A stretch of 32,738 nt of DNA from Octopus bimaculoides (GCF_001194135.2 NC_068987.1:95051404-95084141), one strand, 5' to 3'. Counted from the stretch's first letter, positions 1 to 11,500 are shown. A program made the numbers and translations. The notes: a model not told the origin generated them from the letters alone.

Positions 1-159
1 GAAGGAGATGTTTCTATGTGGCTTGCTTGTTTGTTGTACCTTGTTTATCATTTTGTCCATGTTCTTTTGCCACGTCATGTACCCAGTTATGTATCTATGT
101 GTACATGTGGATGAAGGTATATACACACATGTACATATATATGCATATACTCATATATT

Positions 160-162
<3 letters not shown>

Positions 163-192
<30 letters not shown>
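163..192. repeat. (TA)n microsatellite
   Basis: Pure TA run seen directly. Confidence 0.95.
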
Positions 193-197
<5 letters not shown>

Positions 198-424
198 CCT
201 CCATGAACTCGATAAAATACATGCAATTCTAACTTCATAAGTTGGTGAGCCTGTTAAGAAGCACCTCCAGCCACAAGCACATGCGGCACAGTGGTCTCTG
301 CTGCCGATTCTGATTCATACAGAGCTAGGAGAAAGCAATCTTTGAAAAATCGAATAAGCTTGCTTAATGCATATATCGCTTCGGGTCGTGCTACAGCCTG
401 ACTGTTATATATTTTCTGGTTTAT

Positions 425-492
425 TGCGTCCTGACTTCAAATCTCGTCGAAGTCGGGGATTACCTTTCACTCTTCTAGATCTATAAATAATT
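425..492 (+). mobile_element. Decayed internal fragment of the tRNA-derived SINE family seen at 27746-27963
   Basis: tcctgacttcaaatctcgtcgaagtcggggattacctttcac aligns by eye to ttctgagttcaaattccaccgaggttgactttacctttcat of the 27.8 kb copy, including the B-box-like segment. Confidence 0.55.
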
Positions 493-502
493 ATCTATAA
501 AT

Positions 503-556
503 AATCTAACAGGGATTTTTATCGACCAGTTGGTCGATAAAAATCCCTGTTAGATT
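503..556. repeat. Perfect 26-bp inverted repeat with 2-nt loop
   Basis: aatctaacagggatttttatcgacca (503-528) / gt / tggtcgataaaaatccctgttagatt (531-556); the arms are exact reverse complements. Confidence 0.95.
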
Positions 557-2508
557 CTTGAAAGATCACTCCATACAAAGTAGTTGATGGATGAATAGTA
601 GGTCTGTTTTATCATTTACAGGTTTACAGGCTGGTTCACCGTCGATGTACTCGACTTTGCATATTTTTCTTTGGTAAACATGCTGCTATTCTGTTGATGT
701 CGATGTAGCAATCACTGTCATGATGATTAAGTCTATAGCAATTGATGGTCTTTCTGACAAGTTGCTAACATGGTACGACATGGATTAACTCATTTTTGCT
801 CTCTTTCTTTAAGGACATCACATTTCCTTTCCATTGCTATATCTAGGTTTTGATGTTATTGTAGTGGTTATTGTTTCCCGTAGACATAGCAAATCTATCG
901 TGGTGATTCACACAATAACGTTTATTCACTGACACCTTATTCAAACAACACAAAACCATGTTGGGACGACTGATAAGAAACGTTGCGCTCTTTATACAAA
1001 CGATCCTTTCTTTCCATTTAATCAGCGGTGTGTACACAGACGAATGTCTGATTGGCTTTATAATAGATCACATCACTGCATTATTATCCATTTAGTTGAC
1101 AAGATATAAATCTATAGAACAACTTTTATGGCTAAATCGTCTCGATGGGTCCATTTTGTGCAGTTTATGCAAACACTTTGCGCTTATGATTTGCATAGAG
1201 AAGAACTTACCCAAAAGTATGGCGATTCTCACTGATCTTCACTGTAAGCTGCTTTTGCATTGGGTTTCTATCTGGCTCTCACATCTCTACAAATATTTGC
1301 TCTCTAGCATACAATTTTTACAAACTAAATAATGTGGATATTTCACAGACAGGTCCAGTAATAGCTTCTGCTTTTAATTTGTAAATTAAACATGCACTTT
1401 CTGAATGTTGGTGCTGGGTATGTTATCTCCTTCTTTAAGCAAGTGTGTGAATTACCTGAGATAATAATGTAGAGTTATAGTTTATATGTGGAATCTGGTA
1501 ATTTCACTTGAGTTCTGCACAGGTGCTGTTCAGTTAATTTAATTCTAGAGTAATGTAGCCCCATTGTTACATGTTCTTCGCTTTCCATTTCAGGGGTATT
1601 TATCTGTTCGATACCTGTTTGCATTTCAAGCATTTCTGTTGTTCAGCAGAACTATAATCTACGGCGTTTCATCAGTGACTAGCCAACCTGTTTATATTGT
1701 AGGAAAGTAGGTATAAGACTAATTTTTAAATGTATTCATTCATTAAAACCATTATAGTATGAGTAAAGAGATTACTCAGCTGCTATTTCTAGCAATAATT
1801 AGGTCGGTCATGAATGCTACTAGCAACATGCAGTACGCTACAACTGGCTGCATGGTCAGGTTGTCGATAAATAAACTACCTCCTGTCTTGTCAGGTGAAG
1901 AGTATTGCGAGAAACTTAGGACAAATAATATCACTCAAAGCATGGATGAGTCCAGCGATAAGGAAGTTATTAGCGCAGTTGTTTAAACATTACGAATCGT
2001 TATATTAATGTTTCTTTCGATGTCCAGTTGAAATTAAAAAAAAGACAATTTTACTTCACTATGAAGGTCTCTCATCGACTATAATTACACACGCACGCGC
2101 GCGCACACACATTCTTTAAGTTCGTTTATGGGAAACGTGTTGAATATGCACATAAAAGCTCCAATTCCATTACACAAGCTACAGCCTAATGATACAAACT
2201 GGCGATACCAGTTTTTGAGGGTCGCACCGAGCTGTGCCGATATAATGTAGGATAAACATAGTAATAACAATAATAATAATAATAATCCTTGGATGGAATT
2301 TATAAATATTGTAATGCATCGCTACGCATTAAGTTACATTTTTCTTAAAAATCATAGTCTGTATTCCTAGGATGATTACAGTGCAGTCCGAAATATCGAT
2401 GGACATCAGGTAGATCATGTTCAAGCATCATCCATTTCTTCGGGCGAAATATCCTTAATGGATATTTAACTGTTGTTATATCCGTACATATATGTATATA
2501 AATTTACA

Positions 2509-2974
2509 TAAGTAAGGATAAGATCATTATTAAAAATGCCGATCCTATTAGGTGACCAGCATGGGAATAAAAACCTCAAAAGGTAATAATTATTATTAAA
2601 ATTATAATTAAGGGTATCTAAGAGATACCATCATGCTTGAAATAGCAGCCAAAACNNNNNNNNNNCCATCATGCTTGAAATAGCAGCCAAAACTTGACTC
2701 TAAAACCACATTAAATGTTCATACAGCACGAGGAGAGAAGACAAAGAGACAAAATAAACTAGCAAAAAAAGTACTGGATAATTCTCTCCTGGTGCTGTAT
2801 GCACATTTACTGTGGTTTTAGAGTCAAGTTTTGGCTGCTATTTCAAGCATAGTGGTATCTCTTAGATACCCTTAATTATAATTTTAATAATAATTATTAC
2901 CTTTTGAGATTTTTATTCCCATGCTAGCCACTTGATAAGATCGGTATTTTTAATAACGATCTTATCGTTATTTA
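2509..2974. mobile_element. Fold-back / MITE-like element with ~190-200 bp inverted arms
   Basis: Left arm 2509-2739 (contains a 10-N gap with a 28-bp overlap duplication) is reverse-complementary to right arm 2782-2974 at roughly 90% identity. Spacer is ~42 bp. The right end runs into a gap, so the TSD cannot be read. Confidence 0.75.
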
Positions 2975-3397
2975 NNNNNNNNNNNNNNNNNNNNNNNNNN
3001 NNNNNNNNNNNNNNNNNNNNNNNNNNNNNNNNNNNNNNNNNNNNNNNNNNNNNNNNNNNNNNNNNNNNNNNNNNNNNNNNNNNNNNNNNNNNNNNNNNNN
3101 NNNNNNNNNNNNNNNNNNNNNNNNNNNNNNNNNNNNNNNNNNNNNNNNNNNNNNNNNNNNNNNNNNNNNNNNNNNNNNNNNNNNNNNNNNNNNNNNNNNN
3201 NNNNNNNNNNNNNNNNNNNNNNNNNNNNNNNNNNNNNNNNNNNNNNNNNNNNNNNNNNNNNNNNNNNNNNNNNNNNNNNNNNNNNNNNNNNNNNNNNNNN
3301 NNNNNNNNNNNNNNNNNNNNNNNNNNNNNNNNNNNNNNNNNNNNNNNNNNNNNNNNNNNNNNNNNNNNNNNNNNNNNNNNNNNNNNNNNNNNNNNNN

Positions 3398-4299
3398 TTA
3401 TATGTTTATTTCGTCATTATATTCACTGTGGTGGTATTTGACCATATCGCACAAAAGCTGCTCGCGACATTTGTACTGTGTATGGAGAAGGTACCATAGC
3501 TGAAAGAATTGCTCGTGATTGGCATGCCAAGTTCAAAAATGGAAATTTTGACCTTAAAGACGCACCTCGTTCTGGCCGTCCATTTGAGTTCGATGAAGAG
3601 CGATTAAACCAACTTTTGCATCAAAATTCTTGTCAAACGACAAGGGAACTGGCAGGGAAAATGGAATGCTCCCACACTGCTATAGAGAACCATCTTCACT
3701 CGATGGGAAAGGTTCAGAAGTATGGAGCATGAGTTCCGCATGCTTTAAGTGACGACAACAAAAATCAACGAGCCACAATCTCTGCTGGTTTGCTTGCTCG
3801 TCACCGCTCAACTTATGGATTCAAGCAACGATTTCTTTACCGAATCGTTACAAGCGACGAAAAATGGTGCCTGTACATCAATATGAAGCAGCGTAAGGAA
3901 TGGCTTAGCCCCGGTAAACAAGCGACACCGCGCGTAAAACAAGATCTTCATCCGTGTAAAACGATGTTGTGCGTATGGTGGGACTGGGAAGGGATTATCC
4001 ATTACGAATTGCCTGAACGGAACAAAACGGTCAACGCGGAACTCTATGTTCAACAGATGGAACAGCTTAACACGGCAATTCAAGAGAAAAGACCTAGTTG
4101 GCAGCATGGAGTTCTTCTGTTGCACGACAACGGCAGCCCTCATATCGCCAATATGACCAAAGAATCCATTCAAACGCATGGCTGGGAAGTGCTGCCACAC
4201 CCACCGTGCTCACCTGATTGAGCACCAACGGATTTCCACTTCTTTCGATCTCTTTCAAATGCTATGCGTGGAGTTTCGTTTAATACTGATGCAGAATTG
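3398..4299 (+). pseudogene. Mariner (Tc1/mariner, D,D34D) transposase remnant
   Basis: One reading frame gives HTH region ..KFKNGNFDLKDAPRSGRP.., *VPHAL (WVPHEL motif), TSDEKW, HDN, and HPPCSPD*APTDFH (YSPDLAP motif) with 34 residues between the 2nd and 3rd Asp. Two stops. 5' end lies in a gap and the 3' end is cut by a microsatellite. Confidence 0.95.
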
Positions 4300-4379
<80 letters not shown>

Positions 4380-4392
4380 ATATATATATATT
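4300..4392. repeat. Compound (TA)n(TG)n(TA)n microsatellite
   Basis: Seen directly; abuts the truncated mariner. Confidence 0.95.
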
Positions 4393-4607
4393 GGTTGACA
4401 TTGGTGGTCTGCAGGTTCTTGTTCCAGATCGTTCATCAAGCTAAAAGCTTATGGAACTTCGAGCTCCGCGTTTACTCTTTAGTTTGTTCCTTGAAAAACG
4501 AACGCATAAAGCGAGAAACTCGAACGAGCAACGGAATCAGTCATCATTCAGCAAGAAATAAAGAAATGAACCACGTATTGTAATTACGTTTCCCGTTTGT
4601 GTATCTA

Positions 4608-4880
4608 CGCACACACATATATATATACACATGCACACACACACACACTCACACACGTACACGTTGAAATACGCTCACACACGTACACAGATATAGATAC
4701 CCGTGCACACACGAATGCACGTACACAACATACAAATGTATATGCGTGCCCCTAAGTTTACTCATATATACAAATGAATACAAACATACACTCGTACACA
4801 TAGCACCCACCTAGAAACACACACATCACACACCCACACATGCATACACACGCGCATACACACGCGCATATACACACATA
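4608..4880. repeat. Degenerate CA/TA-rich low-complexity tract
   Basis: Interrupted (CA)n and (TA)n runs. Confidence 0.85.
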
Positions 4881-5701
4881 TATTTTCTGTTGTGTATACC
4901 CCCCCCCGCCAACAACTCCGATATTTGTAAAACAACATTGATAAAGTTAGTATTATTGTTGTCATCGCTTTCATTGCAGTTTCCTTTGTTATCAACTGAA
5001 TTAACCAATTTTGTGTTTGTTTATTGCCAGTTATTGTTTTCCCGTTGTTCTATTCAACTGGGACTGGAAAATCTAATACATGCATTAATGCAGGCTGTGG
5101 TTGACTAGAAATCCTGAGATTAGCGCTTCAGGCAAGATGATCGAGCTTCTCTACGCCATTTCAAAATGGTTGCTCACTCCACGAAACATGGCGATCAACA
5201 TAGCCAGCGAGCTAGTTGCTGTAATTATTAACTTGTCTAGATTAAATATAGGATAAGTGAGAGAGCGAGCGCTAGCCAACGAGATTACATTCTATGTTCT
5301 TGACTGGAGGCTTTTTAGTTTTATATCTTCGTCATCGACGTAGTCTGTCGAATGAATTGTCATTACGACGACGATGACAACTAGATGACCACCACCACCA
5401 CCACCACCATCCTCATCAATATGACACTGTTTTCCTCTTCACCGACATTGTCTTCATCATCAATCCAGGATTTAAAATAGCTACCAAGTATTCAAACTAG
5501 GTTTTTTTTTTTTACATGAAATCATACTTCCCTATGAAATAATTATTTAAATGATGCAATTAATTTGATTTAACAAAAATATAAAATAAATCAAAAGTGG
5601 AAATAATACAAAAGGTTATCAAAAATAATTGAAAATGTTGATGTTAAAAGAATAAATTTTTAAAAAAGCAGATAAAGTCACTACAGATACATCCCAGAAA
5701 T

Positions 5702-5703
<2 letters not shown>

Positions 5704-5738
<35 letters not shown>
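5704..5738. repeat. (AC)n microsatellite
   Basis: Seen directly; precedes the GIY-YIG fragment. Confidence 0.95.
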
Positions 5739-5742
<4 letters not shown>

Positions 5743-6830
5743 TTCAAATATCCATAAGAAAATAAAGTTCTATTGACAAATAAAGCAATGTAAACAAACA
5801 CCTAGACCAATGCCCCGTACACATAAACCGGAAATACCAAATCTTCCCTCTCTATCAATGCACCGGAAACACTTCAACCCAATTCCGTTTAAATAAGGAA
5901 AGAATACTCATTAAAAAATTTAAATCACAGCTGAATATCCTTTAGAAAGAAGGAAAAAATACTGAAGAGAAAAAGGAAAAAAAAAACATTTCTCCACAAA
6001 AAACAATGAGGAACAACAAACAATTTAAAAAACTTTAGTAACAGTTTTCCACNNNNNNNNNNCGACATCACTTATCTCTAGACCAATGAAATTTTACAAA
6101 CACCACTTGCTGACGTCATTTAACTCTAGACCAATCAAAACCGAACTTCAGCAAATTCAGCAAAATCACTCTTTAAGAGAATCAACCAGGCATGACGACT
6201 GATGATCGTTCCTCACAGAGAAGCCACCCAAGCAGAATGACAAACACCGGAAAAAACAAGACATCACCAGTACTTTAACGAATCTTAAATCAGGTGCGGA
6301 AAAAATTATAAATACACCGGATTCCAAAACACGCTGCTACAAACGGAAGTGCCTACACACGACGGAAAGAAGATCAGAGAAACTGTAAACCAAATTCCCC
6401 CTTCTGTTTTTTTTTAATGTTTTCATATCTCCCTTGTTTCTTTCCCTCTTAACTCAGTATGACTGAAACGTTGATGATATCCATTTCTTGTCAATCACTA
6501 CTAACTCTAATGATATACAATAAATTATTTCTCAAGCTCATTTGCTACTTCACTCTTTTGCCTATCGACTTCAAGCTTCACACTGAAAAATGGTATGATT
6601 GTAATATATTGAGCCTTCTTGCCTCATCTCGAGGCCCTATTCCTCCCTCTTCTCTCTTCTCTTCATTTATTTTATTTTATGTATTTGTATTCATTCTAAT
6701 GAAGCTCCATGTACTAGATCGAATGTGCTATAAAGATGATGAATATTATTTTCGGAAATTTTTGTAAGCACCGAAACGTCCGTAAGAAATGTTATGTAAT
6801 GTTATATTATGTTTTGGTATTAAAAAATAA
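5739..6830 (+). mobile_element. Penelope-like retroelement 3' fragment: GIY-YIG C-terminus plus pseudo-LTR-like tail
   Basis: Translation VNKHLDQCPVHINRKYQIFPLYQCTGNTSTQFRLNKERILIKKFKSQLN (ends 5945) parallels the clearer copy at 29729-29990 (SQHIDIC..IFP..QRISKESLFI...LLN). The tail contains a CGAAACGTCCGTA hammerhead-like segment. Tail limits are approximate. Confidence 0.65.
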
Positions 6831-7059
6831 TTCACCGAAGTCGGTCAATTTGTTTGTTGATCAAAAGTTTTCTCCATTTTCTGCTTAATCTAAATTTGAT
6901 TCCTGATAAACTTTTGTTTCTTCAGCTTTTTACCTGTGTCCTATGAGCATAGTATGCTTACATACCCATGCCCAGGAATAGTATAGGTAAATGATATCGG
7001 TAGTAAGAACGGATATTCTTATCCCTTAGACGGTTATTCCAACCGCTAACCCTGCTTAC

Positions 7060-7061
<2 letters not shown>

Positions 7062-7120
<59 letters not shown>

Positions 7121-7128
7121 GAGAGAGA
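7062..7128. repeat. (AC)n(TA)n(GA)n compound microsatellite
   Basis: Seen directly; merges with the transposon end. Confidence 0.95.
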
Positions 7129-8446
7129 GGGTGTTTCAAAAAATTTGATATCATTTGAGATGTAAACGTCACAGAAACTTCATAGTCAAAGCAAATGAAA
7201 CTAAACAAGTTTAATGTTGAGCACATATTTATTCCTTTAAATTTGAATTAGAAATTCGAAGGTATGTGGATTCCATGAACGATTTCACAAACGTTCAATA
7301 TGCGCACCGCCTGCGACACGACATACGTCAAGTCGGTAGTCCAGCTCCTCCCAAACACGCTACAGCATGTCTTGGGTAACAACCTCCAGTGCGGAGTGAT
7401 TCTCTGCTCGAGTTCCTCTAGGTTTGCAGGAAGAGTGGGCACATAAAACCAGGCCCTCCATATAGCACCAGAGAAAAAAATCGCAAGGTGTCGGGTCAGG
7501 TGAACCTAACGGGTATTTCAACGGCACATTGTCTTCATCACCATCGAGCCTGATCCATCTCGCTCGCAGATTGTCATTGAGATAAACCCGCTCAGCGAGC
7601 TTCCAGTGAGGTTGAGCCCCGTTCTGTTGAAAAATGAAGTCTTCATATTCATTTGCAATGAGTTCATCCATTTGCCAGTTCTGAAGCATTTGCAGATAAA
7701 CATCGCCGGTCACATGTCCCTCAAAGAAAAACGGTCCATGAAGGTGCTTCTTGGAGATAGCGCAGAACACATTCACTCTTGGTGAGTCCCTCTCATGCTC
7801 AACTGTGGCATGGGGATTTTCTTCGCCCCAAATGCGAACATTATACTTATCGACTTTGCCATTCGTATGAAATGTGGCCTCATCACTGACAACATGACGT
7901 TCCTTGAATTCGGCTTCTTCAAGTTTCTCTTGCATATCAACACAGAATTGTTTGCGCTTTCGCTTTTTATCTTCCGTTATGGCCTGAACGTGCTGCAGTT
8001 TGTAGGGTTTCATTAGCAAGCGTTTCCTCAGGACGCGCCAAACTGTCATTGGAGGTATCTGGGTTTCCAGACTTGTTCTTCTTATGGACTTCTTGGAGCT
8101 TCGCAAGAGCTTTTGGTGAACCCGCTCGACCGTCTCTTCCGATGTTAATGGTCGTCCAGATCCTTTTCCCCTGCACAGGCAGCCTTCCTCTTTGAAGTTT
8201 TTGTGCCATGTCCAAACCAGCATTGCCATTAGTGACTTTTTACAGAAATCTCTCACAAATGCACGCTGCACAGTCTTGTTCGACTGTGTTCGAGCATAAT
8301 CTAACACACAAAACGCCCTTACTCTTCCAGTGTATGCCATTTCTATTACCTGAAAAGATAAACATGTCAAACCTTAAGCATAAACTTTTGTCCTGTTTCT
8401 ACACATGTTGTTAAAATTTTAAGTCATTTGAACAAGAAACACACTG
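7127..8446 (-). mobile_element. Full-length ~1.32 kb Tc1/mariner element of rosa/DD41D-like type
   Basis: Short imperfect TIRs GAGGGTGTTTC (7127-7137) and GAAACACACTG (8436-8446), TA at 8447-8448, and an internal transposase. Confidence 0.85.
7285..8340 (-). pseudogene. rosa/DD41D-like transposase, recently decayed
   Basis: MAYTG..; SDEATFH; PRVNVFCAIS..GPFFF; FQQNGAQPH (catalytic D to N); RWI..; SPDPTPCDFFLW (SPDLTPCDFFLWG motif). Two compensating frameshifts around 7390-7445 and one stop at 7360, then RVWEELDYRLDVCRVAGGAHIERL*. Confidence 0.9.
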
Positions 8447-8703
8447 TATATAAGGAAAAATGAGAAAATGGAGATAAGATTGATAATTGATAAACATGAA
8501 TTATTATTTATTGATTACAAAAAAGACATCTCATCTAACAGCTGTTTCTGTTCGCGCTATTTTGGGCATAAGCAGGCTTAATTATTACAATAATAATTAT
8601 CCCTGTTAATTATTATACCAACTTAATACACCAGTAATTCATTGGAAATAAATATACCTTAGATGGTTTTTATAACTTCTAATTGAACTCACCTTTATAT
8701 ATA

Positions 8704-9064
8704 TCAGGTCATCCCATAAGTTCTGTCCGAATTTTGAATAAAGAAAACAAATGATCTAATGTTATATTTAATTGAAATTTAATCATCAATGTACTTTCCC
8801 TGATTATTTATGACTTTCTTCCACCTATTTACAAGCTTTTTAATCCCATCAATGTAAAACTCTTTTGGGTTCAAAGCGAAGAACTCTGAAATGTCAGTTT
8901 CGACTTCCTCCTGGCTTGCGAAAGTTATGTCCCCCAAATGATTCTGTAAACTACGAAACAAATGGTAATCTGAAGGAGCTAGGTCGGGAGAATAAGGTGG
9001 ATGAGGAATTTTTTCCCAACCAAGCTCTTCGATCTTCTGTGATGTGATCTTAGTAGTGTGGGGC
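8704..9064 (-). mobile_element. Mariner 3' end with uninterrupted transposase C-terminus and right TIR; remainder in gap
   Basis: Open frame PHTTKITSQKIEELGWEKIPHPPYSPDLAPSDYHLFRSLQNHL...NRWKKVINNQGKYIDD* (stop at 8779). Terminus TA|TCAGGTCATCCCATAAGTTCTGTCCG has the mariner TA-YCAGGT signature. Confidence 0.93.
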
Positions 9065-9923
9065 NNNNNNNNNNNNNNNNNNNNNNNNNNNNNNNNNNNN
9101 NNNNNNNNNNNNNNNNNNNNNNNNNNNNNNNNNNNNNNNNNNNNNNNNNNNNNNNNNNNNNNNNNNNNNNNNNNNNNNNNNNNNNNNNNNNNNNNNNNNN
9201 NNNNNNNNNNNNNNNNNNNNNNNNNNNNNNNNNNNNNNNNNNNNNNNNNNNNNNNNNNNNNNNNNNNNNNNNNNNNNNNNNNNNNNNNNNNNNNNNNNNN
9301 NNNNNNNNNNNNNNNNNNNNNNNNNNNNNNNNNNNNNNNNNNNNNNNNNNNNNNNNNNNNNNNNNNNNNNNNNNNNNNNNNNNNNNNNNNNNNNNNNNNN
9401 NNNNNNNNNNNNNNNNNNNNNNNNNNNNNNNNNNNNNNNNNNNNNNNNNNNNNNNNNNNNNNNNNNNNNNNNNNNNNNNNNNNNNNNNNNNNNNNNNNNN
9501 NNNNNNNNNNNNNNNNNNNNNNNNNNNNNNNNNNNNNNNNNNNNNNNNNNNNNNNNNNNNNNNNNNNNNNNNNNNNNNNNNNNNNNNNNNNNNNNNNNNN
9601 NNNNNNNNNNNNNNNNNNNNNNNNNNNNNNNNNNNNNNNNNNNNNNNNNNNNNNNNNNNNNNNNNNNNNNNNNNNNNNNNNNNNNNNNNNNNNNNNNNNN
9701 NNNNNNNNNNNNNNNNNNNNNNNNNNNNNNNNNNNNNNNNNNNNNNNNNNNNNNNNNNNNNNNNNNNNNNNNNNNNNNNNNNNNNNNNNNNNNNNNNNNN
9801 NNNNNNNNNNNNNNNNNNNNNNNNNNNNNNNNNNNNNNNNNNNNNNNNNNNNNNNNNNNNNNNNNNNNNNNNNNNNNNNNNNNNNNNNNNNNNNNNNNNN
9901 NNNNNNNNNNNNNNNNNNNNNNN

Positions 9924-10100
9924 ATATATATATATATACGACAGGATTCTTTGATTTTTCTGTCTACCAAATCCACGCACAGGGCTTTGGTCAGCCCAAG
10001 GCTATGTTAGAGGACACTTGCTCAAGGTGCCACGAAGTGAGACAAACTGAAACCATGTGGTTGAGAGGCAAACTTCTTACCACACGACCACACCTGCGCC
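9924..10100 (-). mobile_element. tRNA-derived SINE with (TA)n tail
   Basis: Minus strand GGCGCAGGTGTGGTCGTGTGGTAAG (A-box-like), decayed B-box, core GGCACCTTGAGCAAGTGTCCTCT..GGGCTGACCAAAGCC, ending in a TA repeat. Resembles an abundant octopus SINE from recall. Confidence 0.75.
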
Positions 10101-10454
10101 CAGAGTGAGGAAGAGCATATCTGACCATTGCCCGCCCAAGCAAAATTCCAAGCAGAGCTCACACATAAGTTTATTGCACTAGCTTTTATGCTTGCTACGG
10201 TTCCCCCATACTCGACTAGACGTCAGACAGTTACCTCGCCGGCGATTGCACACTGCGTCTCATAAACGCTCTCCACGCTACTGGATGATCCAAAGAAAAG
10301 CCAAGGCAAGATATCCAGGGTTTAGGAATGTGGGATCATCATCACCTCAGTTGCAAGCTAAATATCCCCACATGTTCAGCGCAATTCCCTGCATATCTGG
10401 TTTATATCAGAGTGACCTCCCCTTTGCCTAGGGACATCTTTTAAATTGTATTTA

Positions 10455-10651
10455 TGTGTGTGTGTGTATTTATATATGCGTGTCTGCGTGACTTTGTAAA
10501 CCGGTGTGTATGTGTATATGTTCGTGAGTTTCTTAGATATAATAAAAACCCAGTTAATAAAGTTATCAATACTTGATAAAATACGTGATATTTACATTGC
10601 TGAGTGGTAAGTAATTCTTATTACACATGAATACTGAGACACAACAGTTTA

Positions 10652-10720
<69 letters not shown>

Positions 10721-11500
10721 GTGTATATATATATATGTATGTATGTATGTATATGTATATACATGTATGTATATGTATATTCATGTGTGTATGTATGTAT
10801 GTATATATGTACACGGTTATATGTATGTGCACGTATGTGACTCGTATGCATATATTCATGTATCTATATATGTGCGTATGAATTATCCATGTATGTACGT
10901 ACATATGTATGGCTTTTTTTGTGAGTTATACTTAAGCTCTTGAGAGAGTTGAAGCTGGTCGCTGAATGTATGTGTGTATGTATGTATGCATTATTTTAAA
11001 GCATTTATTTTCAGCATTGATAAAATAAATACTTTTCGAATCACAAGAACAAATTTCCAATTCTAGACATCGAAGAGTATCAATACAAATAAATATATAA
11101 GTAATAACATTTATATATAGAAGACACATAAATAGACCAGGAACACACACGCACAGGAACACGCACACACGCACACACACACACATACACACACAAACAG
11201 ACACACGCACACACGGACACTCGCAAACACATACATAGAAGTTAGTGTGAGTGTGTGTGTGTATGTATATTTGTGTGTGTGTAAATATAACTGCGCGTGC
11301 ACGCGCGTTTGTATGTGTTTGTCATCCAGTAATGGCGGGTTCTGAGAAAAAAACTGTTTGTTGATGAGCAGTGTAAAGATAAACACAGACACACACACAC
11401 ACTCACACACATGTATACATACATGTATGCATGTGTATATGAAGGGAGAGTGTGAGAGGGTGAGGGCAAAAAGTGATAGAGAGAGATACTGAGATAGATA
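10455..11500. repeat. Field of TA/TG/TATG/CA/GA microsatellites
   Basis: Seen directly; source of several spurious IY/HT-rich ORFs. Confidence 0.9.

Noticed and set aside
195-360. Possible terminal exon (minus KLIRFFKDCFLLALYESES.. or plus NLHELDKIHAIL..)
   Set aside because: Short, stop-interrupted, no recognisable family, and weak splice sites.
2628-2693. 28-bp tandem duplication
   Set aside because: It straddles a 10-N gap and is absent from the opposite arm, so it is a contig-overlap artefact.
6455-6475. cagtatgactgaaacgttg as a hammerhead half
   Set aside because: No upstream CUGANGA-like core, and the cleavage position would be G.
6926-6987. Exon-like segment between ttcttcag and gtaaat
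   Set aside because: All three frames contain a stop and there is no partner exon.
9044-10108. Long ORFs of 300-395 aa spanning N runs (also 2932-3441, 19889-20618, 24904-26105, 29182-29920)
   Set aside because: They are open only because N codons contain no stops; the flanks are microsatellite translations.
10110-10435. GC-richer segment possibly from a LINE 5' region
   Set aside because: No translatable motif; the resemblance is only a vague recollection.
10566-11469. ORFs rich in IY, HT, CV repeats (also 8-193, 4170-4995, 19206-19776, 27037-27365)
   Set aside because: Translations of dinucleotide and tetranucleotide microsatellites.
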